Of a stretch of 64,000 nt of DNA, positions 9,755-19,722 are shown in pieces. The stretch covers positions 125,190-189,189 of the forward strand of contig JACPGV010000002.1 of the NCBI GenBank assembly GCA_016182385.1. Reading direction: 5' to 3'. A model generated the notes under the pieces. That model was not told the origin of the DNA and ran no database searches. It worked only from the letters and a program-made list of their open reading frames with translations. This stretch comes from Candidatus Moraniibacteriota bacterium. Its GTDB lineage: Bacteria; Patescibacteriota; Minisyncoccia; Moranbacterales; UBA1568. How positions within the stretch are numbered: position 1 is the stretch's first letter; each line of letters begins with the position of its first letter. The position numbers and the translations under genes were made by a program.

Positions 9755-12700
9755 ATGCTTGAAAGATTCTTTAGGGGAAATGTTCGTAAAGATGCGACTG
9801 ACGATTCTCCCGGTGGCAGTGGGTCTCCGGAAAAAGAGGGCGCGATCGTTTTGTTGTCCCAGCAACCAGCTTCTTCTCAAGAGTGGCAGAATCAAAAAAA
9901 GAATTTTATTGTTCGCATTAGAGAAGTCGGCAAGAATGGTTTTCGTGTGGTTATTCATGATCGACGTCGAGGCGAAGACACGAGAGAAACGAAAGAAATG
10001 TCTCTTGATGCACTCAAAGCTCTTTTGTTGAGTGAGGGCTGTGCGCTTGTTGAGGCGCCTGTTGTGGCAAAGGTATCTCCGATAGCGCCTTTACCAACAC
10101 AAAAGGAAACCGTTGAGGAATCGCCCAAAAAAGAAAATGGAGAGAAAAACGTTTTGTTTGATCGGTTTTGTGCCATTGATGAAGAAATAAGGAAAAAAAC
10201 GGAAGAGGTAAGCGCTCTGATATCCGCGTTTCAGGGAAAAACCCTCCCGGAAAACGTAACAAACACTTATGAAAAGATATACGCGCGATACAGTGCTTTG
10301 GTTGACGAAAGCGACGCCTTCACGGAAGCAATAAACGCTCAGGATTCTCATACCGTCGATAAAGAAGCAGTAAAGCAACAAGAGAAATATTTACAAGGGT
10401 TTTCTCAGTGTGTGAATGATTTTTCTTCGTTGCGAGAGCAATTGAGCACTCAAGAGGTGCCATCAAGCGTTCCTTTGCCAAAAAAAACAACGGAGGGTGA
10501 TGACAAGATAAAAAGAGAGAAAAAAGAAGAACGTGTCTTGCGGGACTTTGAACAAAAAGTGATGTCTTTGCAAGAAGATTTTCGTCGCTCGATAGAAGAG
10601 GTCTCGGATATGGAAGGCCTTGTGGCGATTGGCACAAAAGAGTCACGGAGACGTATTTTTTTGGATAAGAAAGATCCGCAATGGAACGATGTTGCCAAAA
10701 AACTTTCACGCCCAGGAGCGGTTCAGGCAATGGCATTTCTTGAAGGAGTGAACAAGGAACTTCTTGATAGGTGGAAGAGAAAAAAAGAAGAATTGAAACA
10801 GCAATCGACACCTGTCAAAGAAACAAAAAAAAGAGGGAACCAGGAAGAGCCGGTAGTATCCGTGGTACCACAAGGAAAGGATGTTGTAAGGACAGCGAGC
10901 GTTCCTAAAAGATCAATGAGACGAAGAGGAGGAAAAGGAGGACAGGTGCCATTGGAGGACGCATCACAAGAACAAAATCCGGGAGAAAAGCAAAATGGAG
11001 CGGGAAAGAAGAAAGAGGGAGAAATCAACAAGGAATCAGCTAATGAAGAAGAAAAGACCCTGGCAGAGCTTACGAAGGCAAGGATTCTTTCTAACGAGGA
11101 TTTCATTCGTGGAGGTGCTCAGTATGTAAAAGATGATTCGGCAATCGATGGATTTCGATTGGATGTTACAGAAGAGCAAAAAAAAGCCGCGCAGGCGGAA
11201 ATGGAAAAAGAGCTTGCTGAAAAAGAGAAGCGCACAAAAGAACAAGAAGAACAGATGATGGGAAGTCGAGAGCTTTTTAAAGAGGAGCTTGTAAAAGGTG
11301 GCGCGGGTGTTTTTTATGATGAGAATGGTCAGGCGTTTATTGATCCGACAGCCGAACAAAGAGAAGCCTTGCAAAAAGAAGGCTCTCATCATCCTAGCAA
11401 GGTGGTAAAAAAAGAAGAAGAATTACTAGAGAAAAAGAATGGCGAAGGAGGTGGAGGTGATTTGTCGCCAGAAGAAAGAGAAAAAGGGGGAGAGGAGACA
11501 TTGTATGAGAAAATAGCGCGTCTTACCGAGGAGGTTGATACATTGAGAGAGAAATATATTAAAGAAGATTTTGAGCAAACGACGACGATGAAAAAACTAA
11601 AAAGTTTTTTTCGTTTGTCGGAAAATACGGCGGCACCGGAGCTTTCTTGGAGAAAATTGTATCAAGAAAAAATAAGGGAACTTCAGCGGGCAGAACTGCA
11701 AACGGTAGAAAGTGATACGGAGGATATTCATCGTTCCAAAGAAGATATTCAGGAAGGAAAGGGCCGATTGCTTGAGTATTATAGATTACAGGAGGCGATC
11801 AACGTTATTGACGCGCGTACAAAGTATCGCGCCGAATCAGAAACCTTTTTGGGAAAAGGTAAAGATGTTTTGATGGCGTTGGGAAGAAAATATAATGCTC
11901 TTTCTTTCAAGAAGAAGATGCTTCTTACCGGCGCGTTGACAGTGGGAGCGCTTGCTTCAGGCGGTATCGCTTCCGGTGCTTTGGCCGGAATGTTTATTGG
12001 AGTAAAAAGGGTATTGTCTGGCGCGGCGACAGCCGCCGGAACAGAAGCGTCTTGGGAAAAAATTTCTGAGAAGCGGAAGGCGTCGCAAGCGGAAAAGATA
12101 AAAAGGGAAATAGAAGAAAGGGTAGCGGGCGGAATGAACATGGAAGATTTGCAAAAAACTTTAGCGGAAGATGTTGGGACGGTTGATACAAAATTGCAAA
12201 AAGAGAAACGCGCGAAATCCTTTCGAAGAAGTGCTTCTCTTTTGGCTGGAGTGACGGTTGGTGGCGGAGGACTTTTGGCTGATGCTTTGATGACCGATCA
12301 TGTTTCGGAAGGGGTATCATCAAAGGAAATACTGCCGAAAGAGATGTCGCAAAACGTGATAGAAAAACCCGTTACCTCCTCCACGCCCTCTTTTTCTCTC
12401 GAACAAACGCTTGATGCGCGTGATAAGATGATAGGAGAAACAAGACGAGAGATTATTGACGAATTGGAGAGAGGAAACCAGGGTGTCGCTCAAGAAGCAC
12501 CTTCTTCGTCCTCATCAGTTTCTTCTCTTGAGCCCCTCATACGAGCTCATGAGGAGGTGACTCGTTCAGGAATGATACGGGGAGAGGAGACTCTTTTGGA
12601 AGAAAAACGAAACATCTTGCCGCAAACATCTGATGTGGCGGTAGAAACGAAAACATCTTTTGTAGAACAGACGCCTCGATTGCAAGCGCGCGCCGACAAT

Positions 12701-13036
12701 TGGTTCCAGCAGATTTTTCAGAGCGAGTACGTTTCTCCCGGGCAAGATGCTTTTTTTGATCGGCAAAAAATCGGCGGGACGAAACTTCTGGATATGATGC
12801 GTGATGCAAGATTGTACCGAGAAGGGTCTTTTTCTGGATATACCACAGGACTCAATGCTGAACAGATCAAAAGTTTCGCGGAGTTTTCCAAGAATACGGA
12901 AACGATAATTGGTCATCCTGCGATGAAAGAACTGTTACGCGCTCATCCCAATGCGACTATTGATGACTTTTTGAGGTCGGTGGCGCCACTTGTTCCTCGT
13001 GGGAAGCGGTTGGGACTTTTTACGACGGCAGTGTAA
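9755..13036 (+). CDS. giant hypothetical protein (1093 aa), E/K-rich coiled-coil with internal Gly/Ala-rich hydrophobic segments
   Basis: Long uninterrupted ORF, strongly charged low-complexity sequence (EEKK repeats), two hydrophobic G/A-rich stretches (LLTGALTVGALASGGIASGALAGMFIGV; LLAGVTVGGGGLLADAL) and a C-terminal approx 200 aa globular region. No recognisable enzymatic motif. Confidence 0.55.
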   Translation: MLERFFRGNVRKDATDDSPGGSGSPEKEGAIVLLSQQPASSQEWQNQKKNFIVRIREVGKNGFRVVIHDRRRGEDTRETKEMSLDALKALLLSEGCALVEAPVVAKVSPIAPLPTQKETVEESPKKENGEKNVLFDRFCAIDEEIRKKTEEVSALISAFQGKTLPENVTNTYEKIYARYSALVDESDAFTEAINAQDSHTVDKEAVKQQEKYLQGFSQCVNDFSSLREQLSTQEVPSSVPLPKKTTEGDDKIKREKKEERVLRDFEQKVMSLQEDFRRSIEEVSDMEGLVAIGTKESRRRIFLDKKDPQWNDVAKKLSRPGAVQAMAFLEGVNKELLDRWKRKKEELKQQSTPVKETKKRGNQEEPVVSVVPQGKDVVRTASVPKRSMRRRGGKGGQVPLEDASQEQNPGEKQNGAGKKKEGEINKESANEEEKTLAELTKARILSNEDFIRGGAQYVKDDSAIDGFRLDVTEEQKKAAQAEMEKELAEKEKRTKEQEEQMMGSRELFKEELVKGGAGVFYDENGQAFIDPTAEQREALQKEGSHHPSKVVKKEEELLEKKNGEGGGGDLSPEEREKGGEETLYEKIARLTEEVDTLREKYIKEDFEQTTTMKKLKSFFRLSENTAAPELSWRKLYQEKIRELQRAELQTVESDTEDIHRSKEDIQEGKGRLLEYYRLQEAINVIDARTKYRAESETFLGKGKDVLMALGRKYNALSFKKKMLLTGALTVGALASGGIASGALAGMFIGVKRVLSGAATAAGTEASWEKISEKRKASQAEKIKREIEERVAGGMNMEDLQKTLAEDVGTVDTKLQKEKRAKSFRRSASLLAGVTVGGGGLLADALMTDHVSEGVSSKEILPKEMSQNVIEKPVTSSTPSFSLEQTLDARDKMIGETRREIIDELERGNQGVAQEAPSSSSSVSSLEPLIRAHEEVTRSGMIRGEETLLEEKRNILPQTSDVAVETKTSFVEQTPRLQARADNWFQQIFQSEYVSPGQDAFFDRQKIGGTKLLDMMRDARLYREGSFSGYTTGLNAEQIKSFAEFSKNTETIIGHPAMKELLRAHPNATIDDFLRSVAPLVPRGKRLGLFTTAV

Positions 13037-13054
13037 TCTTTAACGTCTCTCTTT

Positions 13055-13363
13055 ATGGCACTTAATGAAAAAACATTGGAAAAAGATTTGATTGCAACAT
13101 TTCATCTGGAAGAATTACCCAAGGAAAAACAGCAGGCTCTGCTCGCTCGTATCGGTGAGGCTTTGTTGAGACGCGTTTTTTTGGAAACAATGGAAAAATT
13201 GGATACGGAAGACGTTGTTTTGTATGAGCGTTTGGTGAAAGAAAATGCGTCGCAAGAGCAAATGGAGACGTTTCTCGAGAATAAGATTCCGGGGTATAAT
13301 GTCTTTGTTCGTGGGGTGGTCGCGAAGTTTACCGAGGAAATGAAACGAGCGACGGCTCAGTGA
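13055..13363 (+). CDS. hypothetical protein (102 aa)
   Basis: ORF tightly spaced after the giant protein; helical, no known motif. Confidence 0.45.
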   Translation: MALNEKTLEKDLIATFHLEELPKEKQQALLARIGEALLRRVFLETMEKLDTEDVVLYERLVKENASQEQMETFLENKIPGYNVFVRGVVAKFTEEMKRATAQ

Positions 13364-13399
13364 GCGGAGAATTATTGATAATGAGTAACATGAGCATTT

Positions 13400-13828
13400 A
13401 TGGTTGAAGAAATTATTGGTGGAGAAAATGAGACGTTTTCGGAGAATCCAGAAAAGAATCCGAGAGAAGATATAATAGGAGGAGAGGTGATGTCGATACC
13501 AGAACAGGAACCTTCTTCTGAGGGCGCAAGTGAACAAGTAGAAACGAAGCTTGATACGCTACTTGCCAAACAATCTTCTTCTAGTGTGTCGGGGAGCACT
13601 CATGATGACGGCGTGGTCGCGATGGATGCCAAAAGTGTCGACGTGATGACCGATGAGGAGAGTAAGATACAGATGCTTTTGGATTTGGCGAGTACGAAGG
13701 GCGTGGTGCATGCCGTGAAGGTGGCGCGTAAGTTGAATGATTATTACGCTTTGGATTGCATGCATGATGAGCTTGTAGATAAGTTCTATGATGGTCTTTT
13801 GGAGCGGGGATTGATAGAAAAAGAATAG
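13400..13828 (+). CDS. hypothetical acidic protein (142 aa)
   Basis: ORF directly upstream of the ATPase gene, same strand, acidic composition. Confidence 0.45.
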   Translation: MVEEIIGGENETFSENPEKNPREDIIGGEVMSIPEQEPSSEGASEQVETKLDTLLAKQSSSSVSGSTHDDGVVAMDAKSVDVMTDEESKIQMLLDLASTKGVVHAVKVARKLNDYYALDCMHDELVDKFYDGLLERGLIEKE

Positions 13829-13870
13829 AGGACCACAGGGAGGGGTCATATAAAAACAAAAGAGCGTATT

Positions 13871-16360
13871 ATGGAGGGCTTTGATTTGAATATTTTTTTG
13901 GTGCCATTGACATCGTTACTGGCTTTGATAGCTCTTATAAGCGGTGCATTTTTGGTGGCCCGCAGTTTTTTTCGTTTTCGTTATCAAATCAATCAATCCA
14001 TGAATATGGATCTTGAGGTGATACGAGTAACGCATAAAGAAGTGCCTGAGGGACAGTCCCGCGAACAAAGCGCTGAAGCATGGAAAGAGGAAATTTTTGC
14101 TATGGAACGACTACTTTCTTCTTTGGCCGTACTCAAACCAAAGGGGGGTATGTGGAAAAGTTTGTTTTTTGATACTCCGACTATTATTTTTGAAATAGCC
14201 AATCCTTCTTCGAGCGAAGAAATTTCTTTTTATTTAAGTTTGCCGAAACGTTTTCGAGAAAGCGCGGAAAAACAAATTCATAGTTTTTTTCCGCAAGCCG
14301 TTATTGAAAAGATACCGGACTACACCATTTTTTCTCCGCAGAGCTTCACAGCCTTATCGGTGCTTACGCTCAAGTACAGTCACGCGCTTCCTTTGCGAAC
14401 CTATCGTATGGTTGACGTTGATCCTTTGAATGAGATTTCTAATGCGTTGAGTAAATTGAACACCATTGAGGAGGGTGCCGCCATTCAGTTGGTGTTGACG
14501 CGCGTTGGTTCGGGCTGGCGTAAAAAGGGGAAAGCCATCGCTCAAAAAATGCAGGAGGGAAAACGCTTGAAGGACGCCCAGTCTTCTTCTGTTGCTAAAG
14601 AATTGGCAGCAGAAATGGGTAAAGGGATGGTGGGGGCCTTGGCCGGAAGAAAAAAAGAATCTCTTCCTGAAGAAAAAAAGGTAGTAGCGCTTACACCGGA
14701 GGAACAAGAATTGTTGAAGTCGATTGATGAAAAAACAAACAAAAATGCTTTTCGGGTTAATATTCGTCTCATCGCTTCGGCAACTACGGAAGAACGAGCG
14801 GAGGAGATTCTTTCTCACATGGAAAATGCTTTTGGCCAATTTGAAAATCCAGAAGTAAATATGTTTCGCGTGAAGCATCGTAGTAAAAACAAACGTTCCG
14901 TGTATGATTATATTTTTCGTAATTTTGATGATGATGTTGAGATGACACTTACGGTTGATGAAATCGCCAGTATTTTTCATTTTCCCATTTCTACGACAAA
15001 AACACCGAAAATAAAATGGCTGAAAGCCGGAGCCGCGCCACCGCCGGTCAATATTCCAAATGAAGGAGCGTTGCTTGGTTTTAACGATTATCGTGGAACG
15101 AAAACCGATATCCGTATCACGGATAATGATCGTCGTCGGCATATGTACGTGATCGGACAAACCGGTGTCGGTAAATCGAATTATTTGCAAGAAATGGCGA
15201 AAAAAGATGCCAAATCCGGCAGAGGATTTTGTTTTATCGATCCTCATGGTGATGCCATTGAAGATATTTTGACAGCCATTCCCAAAGAGCGTGCCGAAGA
15301 TGTTATTGTATTTGATCCCGCGGATATTGGTCGCCCGATCGGTATCAATATGCTGGAATATGATCCGGAACATCCCGAGCAAAAAACATTCGTTATCAAT
15401 GAAATGATTGGTATTTTCGATCAATTGTATGATTTGAAAGCGACTGGTGGTCCGATGTTTGAACAATACATGAGAAATGCCATGCTCCTTATTATGGAAG
15501 ATCCGGAAAGTGGTTCGACACTTTTGGAAATATCGAAAGTGCTCGCTGATGAAGATTTTCGTCGTTATAAGCTTGAAAAATGTTCCAATCCTATAGTGCG
15601 CGATTTTTGGATTAAGGAGGCGGAAAAGGCTGGGGGAGAGGCGGCACTTGCCAATATGGTGCCGTACATTACATCCAAGTTAACAGCTTTTATCAGTAAT
15701 GATATGATGCGGCCGATCATTGCCCAACAAAAAAGCACGATTGATTTTCGAGAGATTATGGATGGTGGAAAGATTTTGCTCATCAATCTTTCCAAGGGAA
15801 AAATCGGAGAAATTAATGCCCGATTGCTTGGTATGGTTGTGGTAGGGAAGATTTTAATGGCGGCGCTTTCCCGTGTCAATACACCGGAAAATGAGCGACG
15901 CGATTTTTATCTTTATCTGGACGAGTTCCAAAACGTTACAACCACGTCTATTGCTCAAATTCTTTCAGAAGCCCGCAAATATCGTCTCGTTCTTATTTTG
16001 GCACACCAGTTTATCGGACAATTGAAAGAAGAAATATCAAAAGCGGTTTTTGGCAATGTTGGCTCTCTGGTGTCATTCCGCGTTGGACCGGAAGACGCGG
16101 AGTTTCTTGAAAAACAATTCGCCCCTGTTTTTACCGCGAGCGATATCATGAATGTCGATAATTACAATTGTTTTGTGCGACTTCTTATGAATAATGAGTT
16201 GACCAAGCCATTCAATATGAAGACATATCCGCCAACCCTTGGAAATCAAGAAATAGCGAACGCGCTGAAAGAACTTTCTCGTTTGCGTTATGGTCGTGAT
16301 GCCGCGATTGTAAACCGGGAAATCATGAGTCGTATCAAGTTGACCGAACGATTGCAATGA
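13871..16360 (+). CDS. membrane-anchored VirB4/VirD4(TraG)-family type IV secretion/conjugation ATPase
   Basis: 829 aa; N-terminal TM helix; Walker A VIGQTGVGKSNYL followed by FIDPHGD (DPKGE-like box of TraG/VirD4/VirB4), Walker B FYLYLDEFQNV, and ILAHQFIGQL (conserved Q..QL box of coupling proteins). Confidence 0.7.
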   Translation: MEGFDLNIFLVPLTSLLALIALISGAFLVARSFFRFRYQINQSMNMDLEVIRVTHKEVPEGQSREQSAEAWKEEIFAMERLLSSLAVLKPKGGMWKSLFFDTPTIIFEIANPSSSEEISFYLSLPKRFRESAEKQIHSFFPQAVIEKIPDYTIFSPQSFTALSVLTLKYSHALPLRTYRMVDVDPLNEISNALSKLNTIEEGAAIQLVLTRVGSGWRKKGKAIAQKMQEGKRLKDAQSSSVAKELAAEMGKGMVGALAGRKKESLPEEKKVVALTPEEQELLKSIDEKTNKNAFRVNIRLIASATTEERAEEILSHMENAFGQFENPEVNMFRVKHRSKNKRSVYDYIFRNFDDDVEMTLTVDEIASIFHFPISTTKTPKIKWLKAGAAPPPVNIPNEGALLGFNDYRGTKTDIRITDNDRRRHMYVIGQTGVGKSNYLQEMAKKDAKSGRGFCFIDPHGDAIEDILTAIPKERAEDVIVFDPADIGRPIGINMLEYDPEHPEQKTFVINEMIGIFDQLYDLKATGGPMFEQYMRNAMLLIMEDPESGSTLLEISKVLADEDFRRYKLEKCSNPIVRDFWIKEAEKAGGEAALANMVPYITSKLTAFISNDMMRPIIAQQKSTIDFREIMDGGKILLINLSKGKIGEINARLLGMVVVGKILMAALSRVNTPENERRDFYLYLDEFQNVTTTSIAQILSEARKYRLVLILAHQFIGQLKEEISKAVFGNVGSLVSFRVGPEDAEFLEKQFAPVFTASDIMNVDNYNCFVRLLMNNELTKPFNMKTYPPTLGNQEIANALKELSRLRYGRDAAIVNREIMSRIKLTERLQ

Positions 16361-16464
16361 GAGGAGCGGAACTGTTTTGGCCGAAGGAGAGACATTGATA
16401 ATTTTTTGTAGCAAAAAACACGCTAAGGAGAGAGGCGTGTTTTTTTGAAATGTAAAGAAGGATT

Positions 16465-18927
16465 TTATTCCTGAATCTCAATTTTAAAGGAGAGAAGGGT
16501 ATGATTGGTCATAATGAAGAGTTCGTTGTTTTTTTCGTTGACGACAAAAGAGAGGGCATCAGGAATTTTTTCTAATGAATACCGACGGAAGAGGGTTCCA
16601 TCTTGGCGGAAAATATAAAACATTTTCTGTGAAGCATCGAGAGCGTAGATATGCGTGAGATCTGGCGCGGTAAAGAGGGTCGTGAGAGTAAAAGGGGTGT
16701 CCGGTAAAGAAAACCGTGTGACGAGACGTCCCCGGAAAAAAGAAGAAAGGGTATTATCGGGACAAGAAAGAAAGAGTGTTTCGTGAATGGCGAATGTCGC
16801 GTTGTCTTCACAGGAAGTCTTTTCTTTGAGCCAAAAAGAGGCAGTGCCGAAACCGCCCGTAGCTCGTGGAAAGCGATAGATCTGATCGTGCGCGCTATCG
16901 AGGGCGTAAAGATACGTGAGGTATGTTCCGATGCTTTGAATATCAGCCCCTTCAGGGATATCCAGGTTGTTTTTGGTAAAGGCGTGAGTGATGGAGCTGA
17001 AAGAATAAAGTTCTTTTTTTGTGGTATAGAGGAAAATGAGACTCAGATCGTCCATAGCTGTCGCGAGACGGATAGTTCCGTTTTCTCTTGGAAAGGAATA
17101 TGTTTTTTGCTCACGGAGACTGAAAACAGTATTTTCGCCGATACCGTAAACTTCGTTATCGAGGAGGACTATTTTAATGAAAGGCGCTTCTTGAGTGGCG
17201 AGAGTGGAACCGTTTTCCAGGGAAGGAAATTTTTTATTATTTAGAGAAGAAAGAGATTCTATAGTTTCTTCATTTTCTAGAATTGTGTTCGGTGTTTCTT
17301 TTGTTGTTGCGGGACGTGTTGTCAGGAAAAAAAGAGTAAGAGAGAGAAGGGAAAGGAAGATCACTACAGAAAAAAATATTTTTTTCTGTAGTGGTGAGAG
17401 GGCGATATAACGAAGAGAAAGCGTTCGAAAGAGAACGCGTAAATGAAAAAGGAGCTTGTTTGAGACGTTTCCCAATTTGCGCCGAGCGATAGCGAGAGAA
17501 AGGAGAAGCTGGTTGGATATGCCGGGAGTTATTTTTTTCTGGTTATTTTTTTGATAGAAGGAGGCTATTTTTTCTTTGAGAAAATCAGGCGTTTCTGGAA
17601 TTGTTGCGGGATCAATCATTGTTACGGAATCAGTCGGAGAGAAAGAAGGTTCTTCGGATATTTTTTCGATTATTGAAGAATCTTTCTTGAGATGACGGAG
17701 AAAAGAGGTTGTTTTGACTTTCTCTTGTGCTACAAGAATGTTTTTTTGCCATTTTTTCTTCAAAAAACGTCCTGTGTTGCGTGAAACGAGAAAGAGTTTT
17801 TCCGTTCCTTGATAAAGAGAGAGTGAACCCTGTTTGCCTACTTTGCGAAAAAATCTTTTTTGTCCGGCAAAAAAATCATTAAACGCGTGAAGAATATTTT
17901 GAAAAAAGAGTGACAACCGCTCGATTGACGGATGTGATGCCGAAGAATCAGGAGTGTTCCCGTGCACATAAATATGTCCGGTTTTTGAATCAATATAATC
18001 CTTTGGTAAGGGGTCTTTTTCTTCTGGAGCGTTTTCCGCTGTTGCGATAGATGTAGGGGATTTTTCAATAAAAGTAGCGTTACTGAAGGCATTCATTACT
18101 GAAGCGTCTTGACGCGTTTCGGAAGAGTGTTTTTTGGGGGATTCTTGAATAATTTTTTCCTCGCAATCGATGATAAAAATACCGCTTCTATCAAGCTCGT
18201 TGGTAATGGCTGTACGTAAAAATTGAGCAAATTGCTCTTTATTCATGCGAGCGACTTGTTTTTCTAGAAGATCGAGAGGAAGTAGGGAGAGGGGTTCGGG
18301 AGAAGTAAAAATAATCTTATCTTCCGGCAAAAGTCTCCCACTCGAAACCTCGACGAAAGTTTTTATGGGGTGTGAAGAGGATTCTTCTGACGCAAGGCCA
18401 ACGCTTATTTCCGAGAGGGTGCCATTACGTGATAATAAAATAGTCCCTTGGCCGGTAACGGAAAAATGAATATTGTTTTTTTCGATTATTCCGAGAGTCC
18501 CGTGAAGTTTTCCAAGCCAAGAAATGTTTCCGTGTTTGACAAGCTCGGCCAGGGCGAGATTTATTTTATGGAGGGCGGCTTCGAAACTTTCGATGGCGCC
18601 GCGACGGGGGTTATTGAAATATTCTTTGCGAGCGACTGAGGAAAGGAAATTGACGATATACGCGGCATCTTCACTTTTTTCGGTTATTTCAAAAATTCCT
18701 ATGAGCGTACCTAAAGACGCGGCGACGACGTTTTCTCCGCTATAATGGAACGTTTTGATAAAAGGTTCATAGGAGCGATTGCCGACGACGAGAATTTCGG
18801 TAATCTCTTTTTCGATCTCTGTGAGAACCTTTGGTTTTTCTTGGCGTTTTTTCTCCGACATAACACGGGCAAAACAAGTCAAAACAATAGAAAGAGATTT
18901 TTCTTCAAACCTCTCACAGTATACCAT
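16465..18927 (-). CDS. hypothetical bitopic membrane protein (820 aa) with C-terminal repeat (beta-propeller-like) domain
   Basis: Long ORF, central TM helix (IFFSVVIFLSLLSLTLFFLTT), C-terminal repeats of the type IYALDSA/IYRF, FYIFRQDG; convergent with the ATPase gene. Confidence 0.5.
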   Translation of the reverse strand: MVYCERFEEKSLSIVLTCFARVMSEKKRQEKPKVLTEIEKEITEILVVGNRSYEPFIKTFHYSGENVVAASLGTLIGIFEITEKSEDAAYIVNFLSSVARKEYFNNPRRGAIESFEAALHKINLALAELVKHGNISWLGKLHGTLGIIEKNNIHFSVTGQGTILLSRNGTLSEISVGLASEESSSHPIKTFVEVSSGRLLPEDKIIFTSPEPLSLLPLDLLEKQVARMNKEQFAQFLRTAITNELDRSGIFIIDCEEKIIQESPKKHSSETRQDASVMNAFSNATFIEKSPTSIATAENAPEEKDPLPKDYIDSKTGHIYVHGNTPDSSASHPSIERLSLFFQNILHAFNDFFAGQKRFFRKVGKQGSLSLYQGTEKLFLVSRNTGRFLKKKWQKNILVAQEKVKTTSFLRHLKKDSSIIEKISEEPSFSPTDSVTMIDPATIPETPDFLKEKIASFYQKNNQKKITPGISNQLLLSLAIARRKLGNVSNKLLFHLRVLFRTLSLRYIALSPLQKKIFFSVVIFLSLLSLTLFFLTTRPATTKETPNTILENEETIESLSSLNNKKFPSLENGSTLATQEAPFIKIVLLDNEVYGIGENTVFSLREQKTYSFPRENGTIRLATAMDDLSLIFLYTTKKELYSFSSITHAFTKNNLDIPEGADIQSIGTYLTYLYALDSAHDQIYRFPRATGGFGTASFWLKEKTSCEDNATFAIHETLFLSCPDNTLSSFFRGRLVTRFSLPDTPFTLTTLFTAPDLTHIYALDASQKMFYIFRQDGTLFRRYSLEKIPDALSFVVNEKNNELFIMTNHTLLSFKIEIQE

Positions 18928-19082
18928 AAAAAAGCTCTTTGCAGAGAGCTTTTATGTCAAAAGGAGCGATTGTTTCGTAAGAGGGAGAAAAAGGCGTTTT
19001 TTTGACTTCTCGTGCCCTTTTTTTTATACTGTCAGAGAGGCTTATTTTTTTATTTCTTATTTCCCTAACGAAAGAAAACCCT

Positions 19083-19688
19083 ATGTCGCTTGTTTTGTTC
19101 GATGCTCTGTTTGGCTCCAAGGCTCGTTCTCGTCTTATTCGATTTTTTCTTTTGAACCCCGGCACAGAGTTTTTTGCGGCCGATATTTCCGAAAAAACGT
19201 TGGTATCAAGACATGAGGTAGCGCGAGAACTTTTGCGTTTGGCAAAAATCAAACTTATCATCGCTCGTTCTCGAAAAGGAAAGAAGGGTTTTATTGTTAA
19301 CGAAGAATTTCCATTTTATACGGAACTCAAAAGCCTTGTGTCCAAGCTCAACGTGCACGCACAATCACAAGTGTTTCGCAAATTAAAAATAGTTGGTGAA
19401 GTAAAACTCATTCTTATTAGTGGATTGTTTTTGAATTATCCCAAAAGTAAGGTGGATATGATTTTGGTTGTGAATAACGTCAATCGGGCGAAGTTGCGTC
19501 AAGCGATAACACATCTGGAAGCGGAAGTAGGCAAGGAAATCCGGTTTGTTCTTATGAGCAGTGAAGAGCTGCATTATCGTCTCAATATGTTGGATCGTTT
19601 TTTTATAGAATTTTTGGAGGGACCGTATGAAGAAGTGGTCAATCGTATACCGGAGTTGAAACGTTTTATTGCCGGATTGAAGAAATAG
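19083..19688 (+). CDS. hypothetical protein with N-terminal winged-helix-like segment
   Basis: Start chosen at MSLVLFDALFGSKARSRLIRFFLLNPG...; region resembles wHTH (ArsR/MarR-like) DNA-binding fold; rest unassigned. Confidence 0.45.
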   Translation: MSLVLFDALFGSKARSRLIRFFLLNPGTEFFAADISEKTLVSRHEVARELLRLAKIKLIIARSRKGKKGFIVNEEFPFYTELKSLVSKLNVHAQSQVFRKLKIVGEVKLILISGLFLNYPKSKVDMILVVNNVNRAKLRQAITHLEAEVGKEIRFVLMSSEELHYRLNMLDRFFIEFLEGPYEEVVNRIPELKRFIAGLKK

Positions 19689-19722
19689 TTTTGAGTCTTT
19701 CAATTTAAAGACGTGGCGAAAT

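Noticed and set aside
14354-15466. 370-aa minus-strand ORF inside the ATPase gene
   Set aside because: It is antisense to a gene with clear Walker motifs; its low-complexity R/F/I-rich translation is typical of a shadow ORF.
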